Part shown: positions 55,506 through 64,000 of the stretch, piece after piece
How the letters are laid out: every line of letters begins with the position of its first letter
Position numbering within the stretch: the first letter of the stretch is position 1
From: a virus
Taxonomy: Duplodnaviria > Caudoviricetes
Reading direction: 5' to 3' (one strand)
IMG/VR virus record: IMGVR_UViG_3300049740_002155
DNA length: 64,000 bases
Position numbers and translations under genes: made by a program
Notes under the pieces: model-generated
Told to the model about the DNA's origin: nothing
Seen by the model: only the letters and a program-made list of their open reading frames with translations
Databases searched by the model: none

Positions 55506-58500
55506 ATGATAAAGAATCTACGTGTGTCTGACAAAACTGTCAGAAAATTTAAGTCGGCTAAGTCTTGGAAGTATTCTACAATTGACTCTTTATCTAATTT
55601 AGTTTTAGAACAAACGAAAACAGATGGAACACAAGTACCGATTAGTCTTGATACTACACAATCAATAGCACTTGAACAGGCATCCAATAAGGCAAAAGTA
55701 AAAATAAAGTTTGGAAAAAAAACCGATGGTAGATTTTATCCAGATGATCACGAATTTCACAATCCAGATATTGAATTAAAAAACACAGATGGGTCTTATT
55801 ACAGAACTGTTTACGATTCAGTCAAACATTTATTTTACAATAGTTATGGCATTTATGACAATGAAGAGGATATTAAAAATCCATTAATGGTATTTGGATC
55901 ACAAACAGGTCATTACAAAACAGACGGAGATGACGGAGATGTATTGAGAGACGATACCGATAGATACGAGAAACGAAAATTGACAGATAATGTTCTTGTA
56001 ATAGAATTTACAAAGAATCAATTTGGTGAAACAATTAAGCCAAATAATTTCAAAATTAAAGATTACAGTTCTCCGTATGGTACAATTGAAATAGAAGATG
56101 ATGGTTGCACTAACTTAGTTGTAAGTAATTCTTCGTTTAATGAAATTACTGAAATTTCACACGCAAACTCAGATAAAATTGAATTTCCCAACTTAAAACC
56201 AAAGTTTGACTCTGAGACACTATCATTTGGAAAAAATATAGTTGCCGAGAGTGACTATGTGTTATCTGGTAGTCCAATGGATCAAGATTCTCCAACAGAT
56301 TTTCTTACAGGTAGTGCTTCGTTGTTTAAATATGATAAATCTAAAAAGCAATTTAGAAGAATAAGAAAATTTAAATGCCCGTTTACACAAGAAGGTTTGC
56401 TATATGAGTCAAAACAAAACTCAAATGGTTTTTTAGTCACGGAGTTAGGAAACTTAATTGCGTCTGACGATTATTCACAAAATGATAATTTTGGTGGTGC
56501 GGTTGAATTAAAAAATGGTACGTGTGCAATCGGGAGTTCTCGTTCACATATTACATCTGCCTGCAACGAGGCAAGACAGGGTCATGTCTTTATTTACGAC
56601 ATAAACAAAGGAGGAACTGAACACTGGGGACTTGTAAATATATTAGAAGGTACACCGGGTTCTGAGTTTGGTTCATCAATTTCAATAAGTGGCAACTATA
56701 TGGCAATAGGAGCACCTGGTATGTATCATTGCGAAGGTGCGATTTACATTTTTGAAAAGTCTATTAGAGATAAAACATCACCTTGGTATAGAATATCAGA
56801 CTCACACGATGATTTATGCTTTAATGAAAAATCAAATAACTTCTTAGGTTTCCCTGTATGCGATAAACTTAAAGAATTGAATGAAACCATATATAGATGG
56901 AAAATACAATCCGCATCTCCACACGAAACACCAATGACTTATTTTTCAGAAAAAGGTGAAGACATCTGCGATGATTATGAAATTGCAACATTCAACGATG
57001 AAACCCTGAGTTACTATGGAAATGACTTAGGAATGCCTACTAGTAGATTTTATAAGTTTGACGAGGATAGATATACACCACATTACGGCGAGGGTGATGT
57101 TATGTGGAAACTCGTAACTATTATACGACAACCCGGAACCGATATGCTTGGTCAAAAAGTAAAATTGTACGGAAGCACACTTATTTCATCGACACCAAAT
57201 ACAGATAATCAGGAAGTTTATGTTTTTAGAAAAAGACCAAAACAAGAAACTTCTTGTGATGAGTGGGTGTATACTCAAAAAATTACAAGAACAGGCACCT
57301 ACAACTATGACCGAAATAAAGTAAATATGTCAAGTTCTTTTGACAACATAAACTTTAATATAAATAAAAATTCAATTACAATTGATGTAAAAACCAAATC
57401 TATTGATAAAAAAACATCACCAGGATTTATATGGAGATTGAATGAAGTATTTGGTTCTGGTGAAGACTTATATAGCAGTAAGATTTTTCACGGTGGTCGG
57501 ACTGAATTGACCGAACAATTAAAACTGGAGAATCTTCCATATGGTGACCATGTTTTATATGTAGGCAGATATGATGGAAATTTTTTAGTTGATACTCCAG
57601 CAGCCATTAACTTTTCAATCAACCCAACTCCGATTACTCCACAAGAAAGACACGAACAGGTAAAATATCCGTTTACATATAAAGAACCAAAGAAGCATGA
57701 ATTTGGAATTACACTTGAGACAAACGGTAGGTATTTATTTATAGGTGACTCAAGAGATAGAATTTATTCGGATTCTGATTTCAATAGTATTTTCAAAAAA
57801 GATTTTAACGCAGGTTCTGTATATTTTTACTCAATGGAGGAAAGTTCAATTGAATTTATAAGAAAAATATATGAGGATGACGATGATGAAAGACGATACT
57901 CAAGTTCGTTTGGAAGTAGTCTTTCTATGATAGGAAGAGATTTGTTAATTGGATCACCGTGCCTTGAACAAACAAAAATTTCAATAATTGATAATGGAAA
58001 AAGTTTTGTCATACCAGATTTTTCACATGGTGCTGAAAACAACGAAGAAACTTCTTTTATTGTAGGTGAGTCTATGTTTACTAAATTTGAGCACGAATTT
58101 ATTGGTGACGATTTTGTAGATTTAAAACTTAAAATAGATGTTGCTTCAATTGACGCATTATCAATGGAATCACTTGATGATTTTGAAATAAAAGCATCTT
58201 TTCTTTCCGAAGAAGAAAGTTTGGTTGATGGAGAACACGGAACATTTACCCGTGGTATATATCGTGATAAAACTGAATATGATGGAGACTATGTAACTTT
58301 CTATTTAAAAGTATTGGGTCATAAATTCGATCCAGACGAGGAGGTCGAATTTATATACTATATCCACAGAAATAGTATTCAAGGAACTGCAACTTATTGC
58401 AAAATAACAAGTGAAAACACTCTTGAAAAAATAAAAAACATAAAAACAATAAAGCAAAAAAATGGAGTGATGGGAAGTTACGGTACATCTGTTGCACTAA

Positions 58501-59618
58501 GTTCTGATTTTATATTTGTAGGTGAACCTATTGTTGGTGATTGGCCAATTGACTCGATTGAAGGGTTTGGTGAAGAATCTATTGTTTCATTTGATGGTTG
58601 TTCTCATGTATTTACTTCATCCGGTGATATCGTTTGGGGTAATTTAGAAAAGCAAGATATATTCGTAGAAGGAAAAATAATTAGTTACGATATCAGAACA
58701 ATAAGAGATAATGTTAAAATACACGTTGGAAACATTTTCTACAAAAATGGAATTGCAGTGATAACAGAACTTGGAAATTATTTTAAAGAAATGCTTACCC
58801 GGGGTGGCCGCAGAGGTTTTGAAATTTTATTTGACGGAGTAAATTCAATTTATGAGAATGAAATATTATGTAAAGTAAATCCAAATGAATTTAATATTAG
58901 TACAAACCCAACTTCCGTAACATATTCAGATATTCCTTTTGACGTTACAGGTGATAAGAAATTTACGATACTTGATGTATCCTACATTTATAGATACATA
59001 ATGGGTACATTTAGAAAAATAGTTGTAGAATCAAGTGATGACGAAGAAGTACGAGATTCCTTGGTGCTTGAACAAGATAAAAAGTGGCCAAACGAGGATG
59101 TATTGTTAAGTGAGTCGGAAGATGTCATCTTAATGAATACATTTATGAATATTACAAAAGATAATGTATTAAATCCAGAAGAAGAGTTGAATATACTTGA
59201 ACGAATAGATACTATTTTTAATATGGGTGCAGACGGATTGGATATTGATGGTGACGGTGCCGTTACTGCTAATGATGCAAAACTTCTTGCTAGATACTTT
59301 GTAGGTCGTAAAGGAAATTCATTAGTTGACGGCTTAATAAATCCACTTGATGATACTATAACACGATACAAACCCTTCCAAATTATTCAGTATTTGGATA
59401 TAAAGACAGGAAAAGATAGAGGTAGACGAATTATGCAGGATTTCTTAGATTATGATGAAAATGATAAAAACGATACAACAGGTAGTTATCTTGCACCATT
59501 TGCTACTACTATTGGTTTATATGACGGACCTGATCTGGTAATGACTGCAAAACTTGGTTCACCTATTAAGATAGTTCCAAACTATCCTATAAATTTTTTG
59601 ATAAAATACGACTCTTAG
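55506..59618 (+). CDS. virion protein with FG-GAP beta-propeller, dockerin/EF-hand-like pair and tail-attachment C-terminus
   Basis: Seven FG-GAP-like blades (e.g. EFGSSISISGNYMAIGAPG); DVTGDKKFTILDV and DIDGDGAVTANDA; ends PFATTIGLYDGPDLVMTAKLGSP. Confidence 0.75.
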   Translation: MIKNLRVSDKTVRKFKSAKSWKYSTIDSLSNLVLEQTKTDGTQVPISLDTTQSIALEQASNKAKVKIKFGKKTDGRFYPDDHEFHNPDIELKNTDGSYYRTVYDSVKHLFYNSYGIYDNEEDIKNPLMVFGSQTGHYKTDGDDGDVLRDDTDRYEKRKLTDNVLVIEFTKNQFGETIKPNNFKIKDYSSPYGTIEIEDDGCTNLVVSNSSFNEITEISHANSDKIEFPNLKPKFDSETLSFGKNIVAESDYVLSGSPMDQDSPTDFLTGSASLFKYDKSKKQFRRIRKFKCPFTQEGLLYESKQNSNGFLVTELGNLIASDDYSQNDNFGGAVELKNGTCAIGSSRSHITSACNEARQGHVFIYDINKGGTEHWGLVNILEGTPGSEFGSSISISGNYMAIGAPGMYHCEGAIYIFEKSIRDKTSPWYRISDSHDDLCFNEKSNNFLGFPVCDKLKELNETIYRWKIQSASPHETPMTYFSEKGEDICDDYEIATFNDETLSYYGNDLGMPTSRFYKFDEDRYTPHYGEGDVMWKLVTIIRQPGTDMLGQKVKLYGSTLISSTPNTDNQEVYVFRKRPKQETSCDEWVYTQKITRTGTYNYDRNKVNMSSSFDNINFNINKNSITIDVKTKSIDKKTSPGFIWRLNEVFGSGEDLYSSKIFHGGRTELTEQLKLENLPYGDHVLYVGRYDGNFLVDTPAAINFSINPTPITPQERHEQVKYPFTYKEPKKHEFGITLETNGRYLFIGDSRDRIYSDSDFNSIFKKDFNAGSVYFYSMEESSIEFIRKIYEDDDDERRYSSSFGSSLSMIGRDLLIGSPCLEQTKISIIDNGKSFVIPDFSHGAENNEETSFIVGESMFTKFEHEFIGDDFVDLKLKIDVASIDALSMESLDDFEIKASFLSEEESLVDGEHGTFTRGIYRDKTEYDGDYVTFYLKVLGHKFDPDEEVEFIYYIHRNSIQGTATYCKITSENTLEKIKNIKTIKQKNGVMGSYGTSVALSSDFIFVGEPIVGDWPIDSIEGFGEESIVSFDGCSHVFTSSGDIVWGNLEKQDIFVEGKIISYDIRTIRDNVKIHVGNIFYKNGIAVITELGNYFKEMLTRGGRRGFEILFDGVNSIYENEILCKVNPNEFNISTNPTSVTYSDIPFDVTGDKKFTILDVSYIYRYIMGTFRKIVVESSDDEEVRDSLVLEQDKKWPNEDVLLSESEDVILMNTFMNITKDNVLNPEEELNILERIDTIFNMGADGLDIDGDGAVTANDAKLLARYFVGRKGNSLVDGLINPLDDTITRYKPFQIIQYLDIKTGKDRGRRIMQDFLDYDENDKNDTTGSYLAPFATTIGLYDGPDLVMTAKLGSPIKIVPNYPINFLIKYDS

Positions 59619-59669
59619 AGTTTTTTTTTAATATTTATTAACATACAAACTTAAATTGGAGATTAAATT

Positions 59670-60185
59670 ATGATTACAACACCACCACCAACCGGTTTTA
59701 GAGAATTTAGAACACAAGCAGATCGTGCTTCAAACAAACTTAGTTTAGAAGACCGTCTTCAAAATTATGATACAATGTATCGTCAATCCGCACCAAGTCC
59801 ATCTGGAAAAGGAGCACCTGGAATTGATGACCAAACAAAGGGTCCTGAAGGAGACGGAGCAAACTTTTTTGGTTACGGAAGTAGCGTCGCAACAAATCCA
59901 TTCGGAGAAGCAGGAAGTGTAGTTTCAAACGCAAATGCAACCGGGTCCGTAAAAATTAAAGGATTTACTACAAAAAAGAGTGCAGGTAACAAGGTAACTG
60001 ACTATGGTCATGGTAATCCTGGTGATGCAGCTGACGGAAGTTTTTATCGTGATAGTAAAATCAACTCAGCAGATGATCCATATATAAACTACATCAAAGG
60101 ATTTACTGGAACTCAACGTGATAACAATGGAAGTTCTACTGCGGGTAGAAGTCGTTCCAACGTTGGTGGTTCAAGTTCACGATAA
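59670..60185 (+). CDS. hypothetical Gly/Ser-rich protein
   Basis: 171-aa ORF with GGAG SD and upstream ATATTTAT. Confidence 0.7.
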   Translation: MITTPPPTGFREFRTQADRASNKLSLEDRLQNYDTMYRQSAPSPSGKGAPGIDDQTKGPEGDGANFFGYGSSVATNPFGEAGSVVSNANATGSVKIKGFTTKKSAGNKVTDYGHGNPGDAADGSFYRDSKINSADDPYINYIKGFTGTQRDNNGSSTAGRSRSNVGGSSSR

Positions 60186-60191
60186 ATAATA

Positions 60192-60220
60192 TTGATTTTT
60201 CTTATATTTTGTCATAACAT
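60192..60220 (+). promoter_or_regulatory. sigma70-type promoter of the resolvase/primase/nuclease operon
   Basis: TTGATT-N17-TAACAT. Confidence 0.45.
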
Positions 60221-60225
60221 AGTTT

Positions 60226-60753
60226 ATGCAAGATATAAAAGTATCTCTTGGACTAGACATTAGTTCAACGACAATAGGTTATTGTTATTCATCTTCTGAA
60301 CAGAAAATAAATCAAGCAGGATACATTTCTGTTCATAAAGAAATCTCCATAAGAAACAAAGCACAAAAGGTTGCGGAAGAATTAAGAAAAATTCAACTGC
60401 AACCTTTTGTTATTATTGTAGAAGATTCACTTAGTGGATTTGGTGGTGGAAGAACGAGTCAACAGACTATTGTAAAATTAGCAAAGTGTAATGCCATAAT
60501 AAGTTATGTTGTAGAAGAGTTATATAATTTAGAAGTACAACATATTAATGTATCTACGATGCGTAAAGCAGTATTTGGAAAAAGCAGAGAAAAAGGATTA
60601 GATAGTAAAACATTTGTAAAGTGCAACCTTGAAAATATGCTTGATTTATCCGACTTTATTCACTATAATTCTAAGAATAATTATGATAAAAAAAACTACG
60701 ATATGCTTGATGCCGTGGTCGCATCTCTGCATCATTGGTATTCTTTAAAATAG
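60226..60753 (+). CDS. RuvC-like Holliday junction resolvase
   Basis: LGLDISSTTIGY, IIVED, STMRKAV, DMLDAVV: RNase H-fold acidic tetrad. Confidence 0.85.
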   Translation: MQDIKVSLGLDISSTTIGYCYSSSEQKINQAGYISVHKEISIRNKAQKVAEELRKIQLQPFVIIVEDSLSGFGGGRTSQQTIVKLAKCNAIISYVVEELYNLEVQHINVSTMRKAVFGKSREKGLDSKTFVKCNLENMLDLSDFIHYNSKNNYDKKNYDMLDAVVASLHHWYSLK

Positions 60754-61682
60754 TGGGCATCTCTGAACAAAAACTTCTCAATCTTCTGCAAAAAGTATTA
60801 GGAACTGGAAAAATCGTCTCTAAAGACGAGGCTATGTTTATGTGTCCATTTTCACATCATAGAAAACCCAAACTTGCTATTAATTTATCTACACAAAGGT
60901 GGCAAAGTTGGATTGATACAAATGCAAAAGGCAGATCAATCTATGGTTTATTCAAAAAGATGAATGTTGCTCCACAATATCTTACGGAATTATCTAGAAT
61001 TGTAAAGATACCAAAAAACACACAACAAACCGAAGAGGAAGAGATAAAAGTTCACCTTCCATACGAATTTACATCGTTGCAGTATGACACCAAAAAAACA
61101 AGAGCATCAAAGGTTGCGTTTAATTACCTAAGACAACGAAACATATTTTCTTATGATATAGAAAGATATAATATTGGATATTGTGAAAGTGGTGATTATG
61201 CCAATAGAATCATAGTACCATCATATGATTGTGACAATAATTTAAATTATTTTATAGCAAGAGATTTTACAGGAACTGCGTATTTACGATACAAAAATCC
61301 ACCAGTCAGTAAAGATGTTGTGGTGTTTGAGAATCAAATTGATTTCTCTGAACCACTTATTTTTTGTGAGGGTGTATTTGATGCTATGGCAATTCGTAGA
61401 AATGCAATTCCACTATTGGGGAAGAATATTCCAAGTAAACTAAAAACAAAATTAGTTGAGCATGGAGTTTCTGAAGTATGTATCGTTCTTGATAATGATG
61501 CATTCAAAAACGCATTACAAATTTCCGAAACATTGATGAACGAAAATGTTCGTGTCAAATTGGTAAAAATGGGAAATGACGATGCGGCGGACATTGGGTT
61601 TAATAAAATAATTCATAAAATTAGAAATGCAGAACTTCTTGATTTTAGTGAATTGATGAAGCAAAAGTTATGCATGAACTAA
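60753..61682 (+). CDS. DnaG-type DNA primase (Toprim)
   Basis: RIIVPSY, FIARD, YKNP, FCEGVFDA, VLDNDA; probable GTG start at 60753 (TAGTG overlap). Confidence 0.92.
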   Translation: MGISEQKLLNLLQKVLGTGKIVSKDEAMFMCPFSHHRKPKLAINLSTQRWQSWIDTNAKGRSIYGLFKKMNVAPQYLTELSRIVKIPKNTQQTEEEEIKVHLPYEFTSLQYDTKKTRASKVAFNYLRQRNIFSYDIERYNIGYCESGDYANRIIVPSYDCDNNLNYFIARDFTGTAYLRYKNPPVSKDVVVFENQIDFSEPLIFCEGVFDAMAIRRNAIPLLGKNIPSKLKTKLVEHGVSEVCIVLDNDAFKNALQISETLMNENVRVKLVKMGNDDAADIGFNKIIHKIRNAELLDFSELMKQKLCMN

Positions 61683-62374
61683 AAACAAATTTAAAGAATG
61701 TTGAAAAAGTATATCATCTCGCAGACATTCATATAAGAAACGTAAAAAGACACAATGAATATTCATTGGTATTTGAAAACTTTTACAAACAAGTAAAAGA
61801 AGATAATCTTGATAATGCGATAATTTTTATTGGTGGGGATATTGCTCATGCCAAAACAGAAATGAGTCCAGAGTTGATTCACCAAATATCTTCATTTTTA
61901 AGAGAGTGTTCTAAACTTCATCCAACGATTGTAATTGCAGGAAATCATGATTGTAATTTGAATAATCCTGATCGTCTTGACGTACTATCACCTATACTTG
62001 ATATGATGGACGATGACAATTTGTTTTATTTAAAAGATACTGGTGTATATAAATTAGGTGATGTTGCTATTGGAGTTTTTGGGATATTTGAAGAACCAGG
62101 TGAATATATCAAAGGTTCTGACATAAAAGATGATTCTATTAAAACCAAGATTGCGGTATACCACGGTGCGGTAAAAAGAAGTAGAACCGATATAGGATAT
62201 GTAGTTATGGGTGGTGATATTAATCTACCTATGTTTAATGGATATGATATTGTTATGCTTGGGGATATACACAAGTATCAAGTTTTGCAGGAGTATCAAA
62301 CTGAGCATAGATTTATTCCTGAGAGTAAGATAGATGAATATAAATTAGAAGGATGGTGCGTTAGTGATGACTAA
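61670..62374 (+). CDS. Mre11/SbcD/gp47-like nuclease, N-terminal fragment (motifs I-IV)
   Basis: HLADIH, GGDIAH, AGNHD, YHGAV, LGDIHK, then stops; lacks the Y-x-G-S motif and capping region. Confidence 0.9.
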   Translation: MHELKTNLKNVEKVYHLADIHIRNVKRHNEYSLVFENFYKQVKEDNLDNAIIFIGGDIAHAKTEMSPELIHQISSFLRECSKLHPTIVIAGNHDCNLNNPDRLDVLSPILDMMDDDNLFYLKDTGVYKLGDVAIGVFGIFEEPGEYIKGSDIKDDSIKTKIAVYHGAVKRSRTDIGYVVMGGDINLPMFNGYDIVMLGDIHKYQVLQEYQTEHRFIPESKIDEYKLEGWCVSDD

Positions 62375-63299
62375 TATACTCATAAGATGTAGAAACATAC
62401 AAATCGGTGATACTTTGTTTGCAAGTAGTGTTGCAAAAAAACTGAAAGAAGAAAACCCAAACTGCGTAGTTCATTATGACATTTCTTTTTTACAACCAAT
62501 TGAGTTGATGATGAACAATCCATATATCGATGGGGTGTTTTATAAAGAATCTGCGGATATTCAATATGATGTAGTTTACAATCTAATTGATACAGATTTT
62601 GTAATTGATCCATATATATCGGCCGTTTCTCAACTTCAAAGGTTGTGCAATATTAAAAACTTCGACGATACCTTTGAAATTTATACAAACCCTCACCTTG
62701 ATTATTCTATAAAGAAAAGTATTCAAGAATTAAAAAACATAAATGAATTAGAAGATGGTGTAATTTTGGTAGGATATCAAGTAGATTGGGAACGAAAAAG
62801 TTATTTGTTTACAGAAGATGAATATGAAAAAGCAGAAGGTGCAGAAGATGGATCAGGATACGGAAGTGGCAAACGAAATATTTATGATATAATAAATCCA
62901 CTAGAGGTTAACTCAGATGTTTTGTTGCTTGCACTTGGTATAGAGGAAAAAATTTCCAAGCACTATCCCGAAATAAACTCTACAAACAAATTTTCTTTTA
63001 CTGCAAGTTTAATTAAAAATTGCGACTATGTAATTGGTGCTGAAGGGTGTATTACAAATATGTCATCGGCAATTGGAACAAAAACTATTATTACAACTGA
63101 TTACATTCATCAGTTGTTCGGTCCCAAAGGAATTAACTGGTTAAAGCAAGGAAGAGATTTTTCTAATTTAGAAAAAAGAACTCCGTTTTTAGGACCTCAT
63201 GTGTATTTTCCAAATAATGGTCATGTGCATCTTAGTCCATATCTTACTGATTACGAGGTAGGGGAAGAAATTTTAGAAATTGTAACGAATGGAAGATAA
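62364..63299 (+). CDS. GT9 (heptosyltransferase-like, GT-B) glycosyltransferase nested in the split nuclease locus
   Basis: IQIGDTLFASSVAKKLKEENP; LIKNCDYVIGAEGCITNMSSAIGTKTI. Confidence 0.72.
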   Translation: MMTNILIRCRNIQIGDTLFASSVAKKLKEENPNCVVHYDISFLQPIELMMNNPYIDGVFYKESADIQYDVVYNLIDTDFVIDPYISAVSQLQRLCNIKNFDDTFEIYTNPHLDYSIKKSIQELKNINELEDGVILVGYQVDWERKSYLFTEDEYEKAEGAEDGSGYGSGKRNIYDIINPLEVNSDVLLLALGIEEKISKHYPEINSTNKFSFTASLIKNCDYVIGAEGCITNMSSAIGTKTIITTDYIHQLFGPKGINWLKQGRDFSNLEKRTPFLGPHVYFPNNGHVHLSPYLTDYEVGEEILEIVTNGR

Positions 63300-64000
63300 A
63301 GAAACATACATAAAAGTAACAAGACATAATCCCGAAAAACCGGTTGTGGTTTATTCGGGTAGTATGATACAACAAAACCACGGGGAGTTGCCTTCTGGCC
63401 ATGGTTATGTTTTATGGGATTTGAAAAATAGAACACACCAACAATATGATGTACATAATGAATATGGTTATTATACGGTTACGGTTCGTGATGGAAAGTG
63501 TGTTAGTGATTTATCTAAACTACCAAATAAAGCAAGATTGCGTGTCAAGGTGTACAATACAACCGCAACTGAGACAAAGGAGATTATTGCAGAAATACGA
63601 AAGCAAACTAGTATAACGGATTTAAATGTTACACGATGTGATGCAATTTCCGAAGCAAAAAAATTTGATCGTGACAACAAATTTGATTTCGGTGACATAT
63701 CTCTTGCACAGATTCAAAATGATTTAATTGAAGATTATCTAACTCGTAATTTTGTGGTTGATGAAGAGCAAATAAAAACTGCTCTTGACATTAATAAAGA
63801 AGTAAATGAAAAGTTGGTAATTAAAGAGATACTTAAAAACTGTATTTGGAAACCAAAGAAGTTTGAGTTTGGAAATATGTTTAGTTACGGCGATGGAAAT
63901 GTAATTGACTTTTCTAATATGAAAAGTGTTATGGGGTTGTTTGCTTCTAATGCAAGTGGTAAAAGTAGTGTAATGAGTGCATTGAGTTTTTGTTTATTTG
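63289..64000 (+). CDS. C-terminal part of Mre11/SbcD nuclease fused to Rad50/SbcC/gp46 ATPase (3'-truncated by window edge)
   Basis: Hand translation from ATG 63289: MEDKETYIKVTRHNPEKPVVVYSGSMIQQNHGE...HGYVLWD...WKPKKFEFGNMFSYG...GLFASNASGKSSVMSALSFCLF (Walker A). Not in the ORF track. Confidence 0.92.
   Translation, partial: MEDKETYIKVTRHNPEKPVVVYSGSMIQQNHGELPSGHGYVLWDLKNRTHQQYDVHNEYGYYTVTVRDGKCVSDLSKLPNKARLRVKVYNTTATETKEIIAEIRKQTSITDLNVTRCDAISEAKKFDRDNKFDFGDISLAQIQNDLIEDYLTRNFVVDEEQIKTALDINKEVNEKLVIKEILKNCIWKPKKFEFGNMFSYGDGNVIDFSNMKSVMGLFASNASGKSSVMSALSFCLF

Noticed and set aside
62364-63299. Group I/II intron or ribosomal bypass removing the nested GT gene
   Set aside because: The GT ORF overlaps both flanking ORFs, leaving no non-coding room for a ribozyme core; about 900 nt is far beyond known bypass gaps; the insert is not a nuclease or reverse transcriptase
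62280-63340. Split intein at the Mre11 break (second fragment contains TRHN)
   Set aside because: HN is followed by Pro rather than Cys/Ser/Thr, and the first fragment's tail has no intein N-terminal block and is only about 25 aa

Overview
The window is a gene-dense, AT-rich, standard-code segment of a large tailed dsDNA bacteriophage, most likely a contractile-tailed T4-superfamily jumbo-type myovirus from an aquatic habitat. It is not a bacterial chromosome or a eukaryotic virus. From left to right: (i) 1-7.2 kb accessory region with an Hc1 histone-like protein, an HNH nuclease, five tRNAs (Cys, Thr, Pro, Glu, Ala), a SET-domain protein, an alpha/beta-hydrolase-GDPD fusion and a putative PD-(D/E)XK-like protein. 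(ii) 7.2-23.3 kb minus-strand block with a tightly coupled four-gene modification-type operon (2OG-Fe(II) hydroxylase, Cys-His-Asp protein, fold-type II PLP enzyme, SPPY amino-methyltransferase), nucleotide-sugar enzymes, a lipoprotein and five glycosyltransferase-like genes. (iii) 23.3-34.9 kb PhoH, virion decoration-like proteins, a GT, an HD hydrolase, Hsp20, a membrane protein with a frameshifted Pro/Thr repeat tail, and a gp55-like sigma factor. (iv) 34.9-60.2 kb baseplate/tail module: gp5-like spike, gp25, gp6, a 3088-aa wedge/tail protein, LamG, and an FG-GAP/dockerin protein. (v) 60.2-64 kb RuvC-like resolvase, primase and an Mre11/SbcD-Rad50/SbcC gene whose nuclease domain is split in two by a nested GT9-like gene. 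The most striking observations are the split Mre11 domain, the four-enzyme candidate DNA-hypermodification operon, the A10 -1 frameshift into a mucin-like tail, and the Hc1 + SET pairing. All family assignments come from motif recognition by eye; no database search was run.
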